Below are positions 10,399 to 19,852 of a stretch of DNA of 64,000 nucleotides, piece by piece; positions within the stretch are counted from its first letter, which is position 1, and every line of letters begins with the position of its first letter. A program made the translations under genes and the position numbers. This stretch comes from Endomicrobiia bacterium. GTDB lineage: Bacteria; Elusimicrobiota; Endomicrobiia; DTEH01. The DNA lies in contig JBCNUU010000004.1 of the NCBI GenBank assembly GCA_039630545.1, positions 77,207 through 141,206 of the forward strand, in the 5' to 3' direction. The notes under the pieces are model-generated. The model was not told the DNA's origin. It worked only from the letters and a program-made list of their open reading frames with translations, and did not search any database.

Positions 10399-11289
10399 CT
10401 AGTTACTTTTTTCTAATATTTGATACTTTTCAACATTAACTTTAATAAAATCTTCCCAGATTTGAAGTAAATGTTTATTTTCTTCCTGAAATAAGTGTTG
10501 AAATCTTTTTTGAAGTTTCAAAAATTCCTCTATTGGTTTTAATTCTTTAAGTTTCTTTACTTTCGTTAAAACTCCATTTTCATATTCTATTAATGGGAAA
10601 AGACCAGTTTCTACTGCTAATTCCGCAATTTTTATAGACAAACTTGGATCATATCCCCAACCTAATGGACATGGAGCAAAAATATAAATAAATTTAGCAC
10701 CTTTTATCTTTATGGCTTTCTTAACTTTATTTTGTAAATCCACAGGATAACATATAGTGGCTGTAGCTATGTAACTACACCTATGCGCTAAAGCAATATC
10801 AATCAAATTTTTTTTCCATGTGATATTCCCATACGAATTTCTACCTACAGGAGATGTACCTGTATTTGCCCCAACAGGAGAAGTTCCACTTCTTTGAATT
10901 CCAGTGTTCATGTAAGCTTCATTATCGTAACATATACTTAACACATTGTGACCTCTTTCCCATAGACCTGAAAAAGCTTGAAATCCAATATCTGCAAAAC
11001 CACCATCTCCTGCCTGCGCTATTACATTAACATCAGTTTTACCTAAATACTTTAAAGCTTTTTCTATACCAGAAGCTACAGCAGCTGCATTTTCAAAAAG
11101 AGAATGGATAAAAGGAACCCTCCACGAAGTATAAGGATAACCTGTGGAAAATACTTCCAGACACCCTGTGTTATTCACCACTATAGTATTAGGTCCTGCA
11201 GCATCTATTACTAACCTTGCCGCTAATGATTGCCCACATCCCGCACATGCTGTATGACCTGGTGTAAATAAAATTTTTTCGTCAATCAT
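10399..11289 (-). CDS. porB: pyruvate/2-oxoacid:ferredoxin oxidoreductase beta subunit (TPP-binding)
   Basis: GHTACAGCG, GDGGFADIG, YDNEAYMNTGIQRSG, PCPLGW. Substrate (pyruvate or another 2-oxoacid) cannot be proven from sequence. Confidence 0.88.
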   Translation of the reverse strand: MIDEKILFTPGHTACAGCGQSLAARLVIDAAGPNTIVVNNTGCLEVFSTGYPYTSWRVPFIHSLFENAAAVASGIEKALKYLGKTDVNVIAQAGDGGFADIGFQAFSGLWERGHNVLSICYDNEAYMNTGIQRSGTSPVGANTGTSPVGRNSYGNITWKKNLIDIALAHRCSYIATATICYPVDLQNKVKKAIKIKGAKFIYIFAPCPLGWGYDPSLSIKIAELAVETGLFPLIEYENGVLTKVKKLKELKPIEEFLKLQKRFQHLFQEENKHLLQIWEDFIKVNVEKYQILEKSN

Positions 11290-11300
11290 ATATCCTCCAG

Positions 11301-12488
11301 TTAGATATAACTTCCTAAATTTTTTTCATTTATTCCTATAAATTTAGAAGAAAAAATTTCTTTTTCTGTATAAAGTTGTTCTATCTCTTCCAATGAAACG
11401 TCTCTTCCGCCAAGCCCACAGATATATCCTGAAATCTTTGGTAGCTTAGAAATGCCACTATTTTGAGCATAATTATAAACAGATGTCACTATGTCGCTAT
11501 ACAATCCACCTGTATGTCCTAAAGATATATCTTTTTCTAAAACTATTACTCTATTAAACTTTGATAAAATTCTACCAATTTCTGCAGGAAATGGTCTGTA
11601 GGTAATTATTCGTAAAAGACCAACTTTTTCGTTTTTTTCTCTTAGTCTATCAATTGTGTCTTTTATAGGTCCTGATAAAGAACCAAAGGTTACATACACT
11701 GTATCAGCGTCTTCTAAGTAGTATTCTTCATAAAATCCATAAGATTTTCTTCCAAACATTTTTGTGAATTCTTCCGCAATTTTCGGAATTTTGCTTTTAA
11801 CTTCATTAAGCATTGTATGATGAATTGCATATCTTGTCTCCATATACCATTCTGGACCAACTAATGCTCCAAATGTAAGAGGGTTTTCTGGATCAAGCTT
11901 ATAGATAGGATTATATGGAGGCAAAAACTTGTCTACCAACTCTTGGGAAGGCAACTCTACTGCCTCATAACCATGACTTAAAACAAATCCATCGATATTT
12001 ACTATAACGGGAAGCATAACTTCTGGATCTTCGGCTAGTTTAAAAGCTTGAATATGAAGATCACAAGCTTCCTGAATATTTTCAGCAAAAAATAAAATTG
12101 CTCCAGAATCTCTTACACTCATAATATCCTGTTGATCATTCCAGATATTAATCGGTGCTGAAACTGCTCTGTTTACACAACACATTACTACAGGCAACCT
12201 TAAACCAGCTATATTAAATATAACCTCTGCCATAAGCAACAAACCTTGAGAAGAAGTAGAACTATATACTCTAACTCCGGTAGCTGATGCACCCAGAATA
12301 CAACTCGCAGCAGAATGTTCAGATTCTACATTCACAATTTCAGCTTTTAATTCTCCATTTGCAATAAGGGAAGAAAGTTCTTCAGGAATATGTGTTTGAG
12401 GAGTAATAGGATAAGCAGCAATTACTCCGGGTCTGCATAGAGCTACGGTTTTTGCTATTGAAGTTGCCCCTTCTAAAAATTGTTTCAT
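11301..12488 (-). CDS. porA: pyruvate/2-oxoacid:ferredoxin oxidoreductase alpha subunit
   Basis: AAYPITPQT, VESEHSA, TSSQGLLLMAE, GLGGRD. Start set at ATG 12488 to avoid overlap with porD. Confidence 0.9.
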   Translation of the reverse strand: MKQFLEGATSIAKTVALCRPGVIAAYPITPQTHIPEELSSLIANGELKAEIVNVESEHSAASCILGASATGVRVYSSTSSQGLLLMAEVIFNIAGLRLPVVMCCVNRAVSAPINIWNDQQDIMSVRDSGAILFFAENIQEACDLHIQAFKLAEDPEVMLPVIVNIDGFVLSHGYEAVELPSQELVDKFLPPYNPIYKLDPENPLTFGALVGPEWYMETRYAIHHTMLNEVKSKIPKIAEEFTKMFGRKSYGFYEEYYLEDADTVYVTFGSLSGPIKDTIDRLREKNEKVGLLRIITYRPFPAEIGRILSKFNRVIVLEKDISLGHTGGLYSDIVTSVYNYAQNSGISKLPKISGYICGLGGRDVSLEEIEQLYTEKEIFSSKFIGINEKNLGSYI

Positions 12489-12513
12489 AATTATTCTCCC
12501 TGCAATAAAAAAA

Positions 12514-12762
12514 CTATTCCTCAACCATTATTATATCTTTTACTGGACATATCTCAACGCACATTCCACAACCTTTACAATAGTCTAAATTTGCATCATA
12601 ATTTTTTTTAGAGCCACTTACACACCCCTCTGGACATATTAAATAACACATCCTACATCCTGTACAATTTTTGTGTAAAAATTTTGGTTTTTTACCCATT
12701 CTCCAGCTTCCAGTTTTATTTTTTAATCCAGTGGCTGAAGGTAATATCATTTTAGCAAACAT
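12514..12762 (-). CDS. porD: 2-oxoacid:ferredoxin oxidoreductase delta subunit (2x[4Fe-4S])
   Basis: KTGSWR, CTGCRMCYLICP and YCKGCGMCVEICP. Confidence 0.9.
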   Translation of the reverse strand: MFAKMILPSATGLKNKTGSWRMGKKPKFLHKNCTGCRMCYLICPEGCVSGSKKNYDANLDYCKGCGMCVEICPVKDIIMVEE

Positions 12763-12777
12763 ATTATTCCTCCATAC

Positions 12778-13317
12778 TTAAACCGACACGTTATCTTTAG
12801 CCCAATTATACCCTGCTTCGGCTAATTTTAAATTTGCTTCCAAAACTTTTCCTTTAAATCTTTCTTTTATTGCCTCATAAAGTATCTCTATTTTAATATC
12901 TGAATCAACCACACAAAAAGCGCCCAAAAGAACTGTGTTTGCAAAAATTTTTCCAGTAATTTCTTGAGAAATTCTGTTTGCAGGTATAGAAATAATTTTT
13001 TTTCCATAAGGTGTGTAATCTTTTTGAGAATTTATTATACAAATAGCTTTTTCTTTCAAGCTATTTACCACATTTTGGCTTTCAAAAAGTGTCTCATCTA
13101 CCACTATTGCATAGTCAGCTATCTTTATTCTTGTTCTTAACCTTATAGGCTTGTCGCCATATCTCAAAAAAGCATTCATTGGTGCTCCCATTCTTGCAGC
13201 TCCAAAATGAGGAAAGGCATATGCGTGTTTACCTATTTTTACCAACGCAGAGCCCAAGATTTGTGCTGTGGTAATTGCTCCTTGACCTGCTCTTGCAAAA
13301 ATTATTATCTCTTTCAT
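12778..13317 (-). CDS. porC: 2-oxoacid:ferredoxin oxidoreductase gamma subunit
   Basis: ARAGQGAITTA, FPHFGAARMGAP, NTVLLGAF. Confidence 0.88.
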   Translation of the reverse strand: MKEIIIFARAGQGAITTAQILGSALVKIGKHAYAFPHFGAARMGAPMNAFLRYGDKPIRLRTRIKIADYAIVVDETLFESQNVVNSLKEKAICIINSQKDYTPYGKKIISIPANRISQEITGKIFANTVLLGAFCVVDSDIKIEILYEAIKERFKGKVLEANLKLAEAGYNWAKDNVSV

Positions 13318-13344
13318 AATTTTTAGATAGATTATTATTCATTA

Positions 13345-13530
13345 TTATTCTATTATAATAGCTTCTGTAGGACAATTCTCAGCAGCTTCTTTTACTTTAT
13401 CTTCATATTCTACCGGTACAACATCGGTTTTTACTATTGCAGAATCTTCACCCATTTCAAATACTTCTGGACAGGTATCAGCACATAGCCCACAAGCGGT
13501 GCACAAATCTTTATCTATTTTTACTTTCAT
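13345..13530 (-). CDS. fdx: single-cluster ferredoxin
   Basis: 61 aa, acidic, CTACGLCADTCP...NCPTEAI; strong AAGGAGG RBS. Confidence 0.93.
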   Translation of the reverse strand: MKVKIDKDLCTACGLCADTCPEVFEMGEDSAIVKTDVVPVEYEDKVKEAAENCPTEAIIIE

Positions 13531-13564
13531 ATCATAGCCCTCCTTTTAAAAAATTAGAGATAAA

Positions 13565-13591
13565 TTTATAAAATTATAAAATTTTTGTCAA
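13565..13591 (-). promoter_or_regulatory. candidate promoter for the fdx-por-rnf operon (TTGACA-N15-TATAAA, or N17-TAAATT)
   Basis: Perfect TTGACA at 13586-13591 on the minus strand; -10 candidates at 13565-13570 and 13563-13568. Confidence 0.55.
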
Positions 13592-14751
13592 CAATAAAGA
13601 GCAACATATTTTTCTATAATTTTTTCTATAGATAACGAATTTATATCAAAATTTTTGTTTATGCATTTTTTATAATTTTCTGGATTGTAATCTAAATAAA
13701 ACTCTAAAATTTTAAAAGTAAATTCAGAGATTATTTTATTTCTTTTATTTTCAAGAGAGACTATATAATTTTTATCTAAATAATCAGATACCCCCTCAAC
13801 ACCTGTAGAAATCACAGGTTTTTTAAAATAAATAGATTCTAAAACCACATTTGGAGAACCTTCCCACCAGGAAGTAAGCAAAACTAAGTCAGAAGCATTT
13901 ATGTAGTCATAGACATTTTCTTTATATCCTATGAATTTAACATTATTTTCCACATTAAGTTTTTTAGCATAATTTTTAAGAAAAACCATCATTTCTCCAT
14001 CTCCAACTACTATAAAAATAAAATCTCTATTATATTTTTTCAATTGTATATATTCTGCAAAACTTTTTATCACTTCCAACAAAAGATCGTATCCTTTCTG
14101 AATGTGTAATCTTCCTACAGAGAGTACTAAGAAAGTGTCTTTTTTTATCCCTAAAGAAGACCTTATCTGTTGTGGAGAAAAAATAACCTTGAATTCTTCT
14201 TTTAACAGAGCATTAGGAATTATTTCTATTTTATAGGGAGGAATTTTTTGTGAGGAAATTATAAAACTTTTAAGTTCATTAGAATTCACAGTAATTTTAT
14301 CAACAAAAAAATTGCTGAACCTTAACAAAAACTTCTGCCATTTTTTTTGTTTTTCTGCTACTCTTTCAGAACAAATTAGCTTTGTTTTCCATCTTAAAAG
14401 TTTTAAAAATCTGGCAAAAATATTTGCCTGAAATAAAAAACTATGAATTATTTCTGGCTTCTGTTTAAAAAATAAAAAAATAAGTTTTATTAAAGCAAAA
14501 GGAAAAAATAAAAAATTTAATAGAAAAAAGTCATGAAGTGACAAATCGTAAACTGGGATTTGGAGTTTTTCAAATTTTTTCCTGAATCTTCCTTTTCTTT
14601 TTAAAGATATTAAAAATATTTTATAACTGTAATTCTTTTTAAGAGTTTTTAAAAGAATATAAAGCTGCCTCTGAGTCCCACCATAATCAAGGGAAGTTAT
14701 AATGTAAAATATAACTTTATTTTTTACTTTCAACTCTTTCAATGTATTCAC
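13588..14751 (-). CDS. GT4-family (GT-B) glycosyltransferase
   Basis: ITSLDYGGTQRQL, VGRLHIQKGYD, EGSPNVVLES (EX7E). Start uncertain (GTG 14751 or TTG 14733); both overlap the end of efp. Confidence 0.88.
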   Translation of the reverse strand: MNTLKELKVKNKVIFYIITSLDYGGTQRQLYILLKTLKKNYSYKIFLISLKRKGRFRKKFEKLQIPVYDLSLHDFFLLNFLFFPFALIKLIFLFFKQKPEIIHSFLFQANIFARFLKLLRWKTKLICSERVAEKQKKWQKFLLRFSNFFVDKITVNSNELKSFIISSQKIPPYKIEIIPNALLKEEFKVIFSPQQIRSSLGIKKDTFLVLSVGRLHIQKGYDLLLEVIKSFAEYIQLKKYNRDFIFIVVGDGEMMVFLKNYAKKLNVENNVKFIGYKENVYDYINASDLVLLTSWWEGSPNVVLESIYFKKPVISTGVEGVSDYLDKNYIVSLENKRNKIISEFTFKILEFYLDYNPENYKKCINKNFDINSLSIEKIIEKYVALYC

Positions 14752-15292
14752 CAGTTCTAGTATCTACTTTTACTACATCTCCTACCTCTACAAACAAAGG
14801 AACCAATATCTCAACTCCTGTTTCCAATGTGGCTGGCTTCATCACATTACTCACACTATCTCCGCGAATTCCTGGAACAGTATGAATAACTTTAAGTTCT
14901 ACTGCAATAGGAAGTTCTACTCCTAAAAATTCCTCGTTAAGGTATAGACCTTCTACCTCTAAGTTTTCTTTTAAAAACTTAGCTGCTTCGCCAAGCTGTT
15001 TTTTAGGAATTTGAATTTCTTCAAAAGTTTCCATGTCCATAAAGACAAAATTATCTCCTGCTTGATACATGTATTGTTTCTTTTTTCTTACAAGATCAAC
15101 TGTTTCAAATTTTTCTCCTGATTTAAATGTTCTTTCTATTATGCTGCCTGTCCTAATGTTTCTTAACTTAGTTCTCATTACAGCACCACCCTTACCTGGC
15201 TTGTGATGCTGATACCACAAAATAGAATAAATCTCGTTATCAACCTTAATACACAAACCTTCCTTAAACTCAGAAGTGTCAATTGTAACCAT
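14717..15292 (-). CDS. efp: elongation factor P
   Basis: HHKPGKGGA loop, TFKSGEKF, KPATLETG, VPLFVEVGD, DTRTGEY; AGGAGGT RBS. Confidence 0.98.
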   Translation of the reverse strand: MVTIDTSEFKEGLCIKVDNEIYSILWYQHHKPGKGGAVMRTKLRNIRTGSIIERTFKSGEKFETVDLVRKKKQYMYQAGDNFVFMDMETFEEIQIPKKQLGEAAKFLKENLEVEGLYLNEEFLGVELPIAVELKVIHTVPGIRGDSVSNVMKPATLETGVEILVPLFVEVGDVVKVDTRTGEYIERVESKK

Positions 15293-15340
15293 AATTCATC
15301 ACCTCCTTTTATTCAAGGAACATTCAATGTTTTTTTAAAA

Positions 15341-15367
15341 AATATAAAAAGAGAAATTTGATATCAA
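15341..15367 (-). promoter_or_regulatory. candidate promoter for efp (TTGATA-N15-TATATT, or N17-TATTTT)
   Basis: Hexamers at 15362-15367 and 15341-15346 on the minus strand, in the 147-bp gap upstream of efp. Confidence 0.4.
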
Positions 15368-15439
15368 CTATTTTAAAAACTTATATAAAGAACTGTTAAG
15401 TTTTAATTCTATAAAAGTTAAAGTTGGGAGATAAATAAA

Positions 15440-16462
15440 TTATACAATATAAGAAGATAAAATTTCATAGTAATTTTCTTTACAAAGAATATCATCTTCT
15501 ATTCTTAAACCAAATTTATTATTAAAGTATATACCTGGTTCTATAGTTACAACCATACCTTCTTTAAGAATGCTTTCATCTTTTGAAGATATCCTAGGTG
15601 ACTCATGAACTTCAATGCCAATTCCATGACCTGTGGAATGTAAATAATTTTTTTCTAAACCTATTTTCCTAAAATATTCCTTTGCGAATATATCTATGTC
15701 TTTTACTTTGGTTCCTTTTTTACACATAGAAATTAAGTTTTGTTGTAAGAATTTTAATTTAAAATACAACTCTTTAATTTTCGGATGTTTATCTAAATTA
15801 TACATTCTGGTTATATCACAACAATAACCATTATATTTACATCCAATATCTATTAGTATAATGCTTTCTTTTTTAAATTTCTTGTTGGTTGGAATATGGT
15901 GTGGATAAGAAGTGTTGCTATCAAAGGCTACTATCGGATCAAATGCTGGCTCTACATTATTTTCTATAAATTTCTTTAATATAAAATTTTTTACTTCAAC
16001 TTCTTTTACACCTACTTTTATAAATTCTTTTACCTCTTTTAAAATTTTTTGTGTAATTTTTAGTGCCTGTTTTATGTTTTTTATCTCCTCCTCACTTTTT
16101 ATTTTTCTTAGATTAATTATTATATCACTAAACACAACATTAAAATGTTTTCTTAAAATTTTGTAATCTTTAACTGGAATATTATCAGTGTCTAAAAGCA
16201 ACAGTTTATTTTTTATATCAAGATTCAAAACCTGTTTTACCAGATTTTCGCCTATAACTATGTGGTTTTGATTAAAAATTTTCTTTATCTGTCCATAAAA
16301 CATCTCAGATGTTAAAACTTTAACAGAATTTTTAGAAATTGCTAAACAATAACCATTATAATTTTTACCAGTTAAATAAAATAAATTATTGTTATTTAAT
16401 ACTAACAGAACATTATTATTATCAAGAAGTTTCTGGATTGAACTTATTTTTTCTGTAACCAT
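15440..16462 (-). CDS. Xaa-Pro aminopeptidase/prolidase (M24 family)
   Basis: IDIGCKYNGYCCDITR, HSTGHGIGIEVHE, TIEPGIY, GLRIEDD; occupies the usual position upstream of efp. Confidence 0.92.
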   Translation of the reverse strand: MVTEKISSIQKLLDNNNVLLVLNNNNLFYLTGKNYNGYCLAISKNSVKVLTSEMFYGQIKKIFNQNHIVIGENLVKQVLNLDIKNKLLLLDTDNIPVKDYKILRKHFNVVFSDIIINLRKIKSEEEIKNIKQALKITQKILKEVKEFIKVGVKEVEVKNFILKKFIENNVEPAFDPIVAFDSNTSYPHHIPTNKKFKKESIILIDIGCKYNGYCCDITRMYNLDKHPKIKELYFKLKFLQQNLISMCKKGTKVKDIDIFAKEYFRKIGLEKNYLHSTGHGIGIEVHESPRISSKDESILKEGMVVTIEPGIYFNNKFGLRIEDDILCKENYYEILSSYIV

Positions 16463-17547
16463 TGTTTAAGAAAAGAAATACTTTCAAGAATATCTTCCTG
16501 TGAAATATTCTCAAATGTTTTTACTTCTCCTATTCTAATAGGTAAAACAAATCTATAATTTTTTTGATAAACTTTTTTATCAAATTTAATAAATTTAAAT
16601 ACTTCTCTTTCAGGAATGTTCAACAAATTATTATTAAATTTTTGATTTTTTGTGTAAGTATTAATTAACTCCAGAATCATATCGAAATCTTTCTTGGGTA
16701 AAATTTTAAGTCTGAAAGATAGATAGCTTTCTGCAATTAAACCTAAAATAACAGCTTCACCATGAGAATAAATTTTGTAACGATTTGAAGCTTCTATAGC
16801 ATGGGCGATGGTATGTCCTAAGTTTAACTTTTCTCTTATTGTTGTTTTTTCCTTTTCATCTTTTTTAACAATTTCAAGTTTTGTTTTTATACATTCAAAA
16901 ATTAAATCTTTAGAAAAAGTTTCAAACTTAATTATTAGTTCGCCAAAAAAAATTTCTTTTTTAGAATTTAGAAGATCAAAAATTTTTTTGTTCAAAATTG
17001 AGTATTTCAAAACTTCTCCAAGACCATTATATATTTCCTTTAATGGCAGACTCTTTAATAAACTGACATCACAAAAAATAATTCTTGGTTGATAAAAACT
17101 GCCAACTAAATTTTTCCCATATTTTAAGTTTATAGCTGTCTTTCCTCCAATTGAAGAATCTACCATCGCAAGAAGAGTGGTAGGAATCTGAATATATTCT
17201 ATACCTCGCATATAAATCGAAGACACAAAACCCACAAGATCTCCTAAAACACCTCCACCAAATATTAAGACTAAACTTTTTCTGTCTACCTTAAAGTTTA
17301 AAAATTTATAAAGTACTAACTCAACGAATTTTAAAGATTTTATTTTTTCTCCCTCTGGCAAAAATAATACCTTACAGTCAAAATTAGTAAACTTATTTTT
17401 ATATAAATCCCATAATTTCTTATGAGTAACCAATAACAAATTTGTATAATTAAGGTTTTCTTTTTTTATTACATAAGGAAGCTGCTCTAAGCATTCCAAA
17501 TAAACAGATATATCTTTTGTATCTTTAAGTTTTATCTCTGTTTTCAT
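16444..17547 (-). CDS. aroB: 3-dehydroquinate synthase
   Basis: GGGVLGDLVGF, PTTLLAMVDSSIGGKT, LNLGHTIAHAIE, HGEAV. Confidence 0.96.
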   Translation of the reverse strand: MKTEIKLKDTKDISVYLECLEQLPYVIKKENLNYTNLLLVTHKKLWDLYKNKFTNFDCKVLFLPEGEKIKSLKFVELVLYKFLNFKVDRKSLVLIFGGGVLGDLVGFVSSIYMRGIEYIQIPTTLLAMVDSSIGGKTAINLKYGKNLVGSFYQPRIIFCDVSLLKSLPLKEIYNGLGEVLKYSILNKKIFDLLNSKKEIFFGELIIKFETFSKDLIFECIKTKLEIVKKDEKEKTTIREKLNLGHTIAHAIEASNRYKIYSHGEAVILGLIAESYLSFRLKILPKKDFDMILELINTYTKNQKFNNNLLNIPEREVFKFIKFDKKVYQKNYRFVLPIRIGEVKTFENISQEDILESISFLKQWLQKK

Positions 17548-17549
17548 TT

Positions 17550-18062
17550 TTAAAGTCTGGTGCGAAGATATTCAAAAATATTATTTACTACTTCTTGTAT
17601 TGACAAGTTATCTGTATTTATTCTAAAATCACAATTCTTATAATATTCTTCTCTCTGATTAAGAAGTCTTTTTATTTCTTCTAAAGGGTTAGGTTTATTA
17701 AGTAATGGCCTTATTCCTGGTTGTTTTTTTAGTCTTTCATATATCACTTCAGGACTTGCATATAGGTTAATAACTATTCCGTTTCTTCTTAAATTTTCCA
17801 TATTTTCTTTTCTTATAACCACTCCTCCACCTGTAGAGATAACGGTTTTGTCTCTTTCGGACACTTCTTTTACTACATCTGATTCCACATCTCTAAAATA
17901 ATTTTCACCAAACTTATTAAAAATTTCTGAAATTGTAAGTCCTAGCTTTTTTTCAATAATTTCATCTGTATCAACATAATCATATCCAAGAATGTCTTTA
18001 AGTCTTGTTCCTACAGAAGTTTTTCCACTACACATGAAACCTGTAAGAACTATATTGACCAT
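17550..18062 (-). CDS. aroK: shikimate kinase
   Basis: GFMCSGKT P-loop, DTD, FRDVE, STGGGVV, RPLL. Confidence 0.96.
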   Translation of the reverse strand: MVNIVLTGFMCSGKTSVGTRLKDILGYDYVDTDEIIEKKLGLTISEIFNKFGENYFRDVESDVVKEVSERDKTVISTGGGVVIRKENMENLRRNGIVINLYASPEVIYERLKKQPGIRPLLNKPNPLEEIKRLLNQREEYYKNCDFRINTDNLSIQEVVNNIFEYLRTRL

Positions 18063-18669
18063 CTATTGCTCCTGTGGCTTTTAAAAATTCTAAAGCAATA
18101 ACAAAATGTCCCTGCAAAGTAGGATGAATACCATCTGCAGCCCAGTATTCAGGTGACTTTATTTTTGATAACTTTTCAAATATGCTGTAGAGTGGAACAA
18201 CTATTCCGTTATATTTTTTTGACAAAAATTTAACTATCTCACATTTTTCTTCAACAGATTTTTTAATCTTTCTGTGATATTTATCTATCTCTAAAATGAA
18301 AGGTTCCATCAGGATAAAGTATGGATTTTTTAATTTTTGTTTTGATAATTTTAAAATTTCTTCATAACTTTTAAGGTAATCATCATTAGATATATTTTTG
18401 TTACAATCATTTATACCTATAAGAATAGATATCACATCCGCACCTAAATCTATACAATCATCTACCCAACGATTTTTAAGATCTAAAACAGTATCACCAG
18501 ATATACCTCTGTTAAAAAATTCTAATTCTAACTGTGGATAAATCGCCTTTAACCATGCAGCAACTATAAAAACATAACCTTCTCCCAACCCAGAACTGCT
18601 ATAATTCCTGTTTGAATCTGTGATGCTATCTCCCTGGAATAAAATTTTTTGTTTATACTTAAATATCAT
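18028..18669 (-). CDS. SGNH/GDSL hydrolase
   Basis: All four blocks present: FQGDSIT, NRGISGD, IGIND, DGIHP. No signal peptide. Confidence 0.92.
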   Translation of the reverse strand: MIFKYKQKILFQGDSITDSNRNYSSSGLGEGYVFIVAAWLKAIYPQLELEFFNRGISGDTVLDLKNRWVDDCIDLGADVISILIGINDCNKNISNDDYLKSYEEILKLSKQKLKNPYFILMEPFILEIDKYHRKIKKSVEEKCEIVKFLSKKYNGIVVPLYSIFEKLSKIKSPEYWAADGIHPTLQGHFVIALEFLKATGAIDGQYSSYRFHV

Positions 18670-19823
18670 AGTTTTGATATTAATTTACAAAAGTTGTTAA
18701 AATTAATGATAGTTTCTTTAAGAGAGTCTCCACCAAATTTTTCAAGAAATTCTTCAGCTAAACAAATAGCCAACATAGCTTCAGCTATTACACTACACGA
18801 GGGAACAGCAACTATATCGCTTCTTATTATTTCTGCTTTGCACTTCTTTTTAGTTTTTAACTCCACGGTATTCAACGGAGCCATCAAAGTAGGAATCGGC
18901 TTCATTGTACATCTTATAATTATAGGCATTCCATTAGAAATACCACCTTCAATACCTCCTGCATGATTTGTTCTTCTAAAAAAGCCTTTTTTTGTAGAAT
19001 AAAAAATTTCATCATGAACTTGAGAACCATAATAATCTGAATAGTTTTTACCCAAACCTATTTCTATTGATTTCAAAGCAGGTATCGACATAAGGTAATA
19101 AGAAATTCTTGCATTTAATCTTTTATCCCATTGTATATGGCTTCCTAAACCTACAGGAACTCCTAAAGCAAATACAACAAAATCTCCACCTAAAGTGTCT
19201 TTTTTTTCTTTAGTTTCATCTATGAGCTTTAATATCTGTTTTTCTTTATTTTTCTCCGGAAACCTTATAGATGAATTTTCTGCTAAGCAATGAAGTTTTT
19301 TTAGTTCCTTATCTTTAAAATTTATATAATTTCTTGTCAATTCTATTCTATAAATTTTTACTACAAATGAACCTATAAATATTCCAAAATTTTCCAAAAA
19401 CTGTTTACATATACTACCAGCAGCTACCCTTGCTGCTGTTTCTCTAGCTGAGGCTCTTTCAGCAATATTTTTTATATCCTCAGTTAAGAACTTCAAACAA
19501 CCAGAAAGATCGGCATGTCCTGGTCTCGGTTTACTTAAAATATCTTTAATTTTTTCTCCGACAAAATCTTCTTTTCTGTAATCATTGTTGTATATCAAAA
19601 TACCAATAGGAGAACCTATTGTTTGAGAATATCTTACTCCAGAAATAATTTCAAATCTATCCTCTTCAAAGTTTTGTCTGGAGCCACGTCCATATCCTTT
19701 TTTTCTTCTGTGAAGTTCTTTTTTTATTTTTTCTTCTGAAATTTTTACTCCAGCCGGAATACCTTCTATGAATGCCAATATTGCTTTATTATGAGACTCT
19801 CCTGCAGTGAAAAATTTTATCAT
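18666..19823 (-). CDS. aroC: chorismate synthase
   Basis: TAGESH, PRPGHADL, ERASARETAARVAAG, GGIEGGISNG, MKPIPTL, RSD. Confidence 0.97.
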   Translation of the reverse strand: MIKFFTAGESHNKAILAFIEGIPAGVKISEEKIKKELHRRKKGYGRGSRQNFEEDRFEIISGVRYSQTIGSPIGILIYNNDYRKEDFVGEKIKDILSKPRPGHADLSGCLKFLTEDIKNIAERASARETAARVAAGSICKQFLENFGIFIGSFVVKIYRIELTRNYINFKDKELKKLHCLAENSSIRFPEKNKEKQILKLIDETKEKKDTLGGDFVVFALGVPVGLGSHIQWDKRLNARISYYLMSIPALKSIEIGLGKNYSDYYGSQVHDEIFYSTKKGFFRRTNHAGGIEGGISNGMPIIIRCTMKPIPTLMAPLNTVELKTKKKCKAEIIRSDIVAVPSCSVIAEAMLAICLAEEFLEKFGGDSLKETIINFNNFCKLISKL

Positions 19824-19852
19824 AACAGTTAAATATCTCCTTTTTGAATTAT

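Noticed and set aside
13588..14751. Calling the efp-adjacent glycosyltransferase EarP
   Set aside because: It has GT4 motifs (EX7E) rather than EarP features, and this EF-P has Lys, not Arg, at the loop tip.
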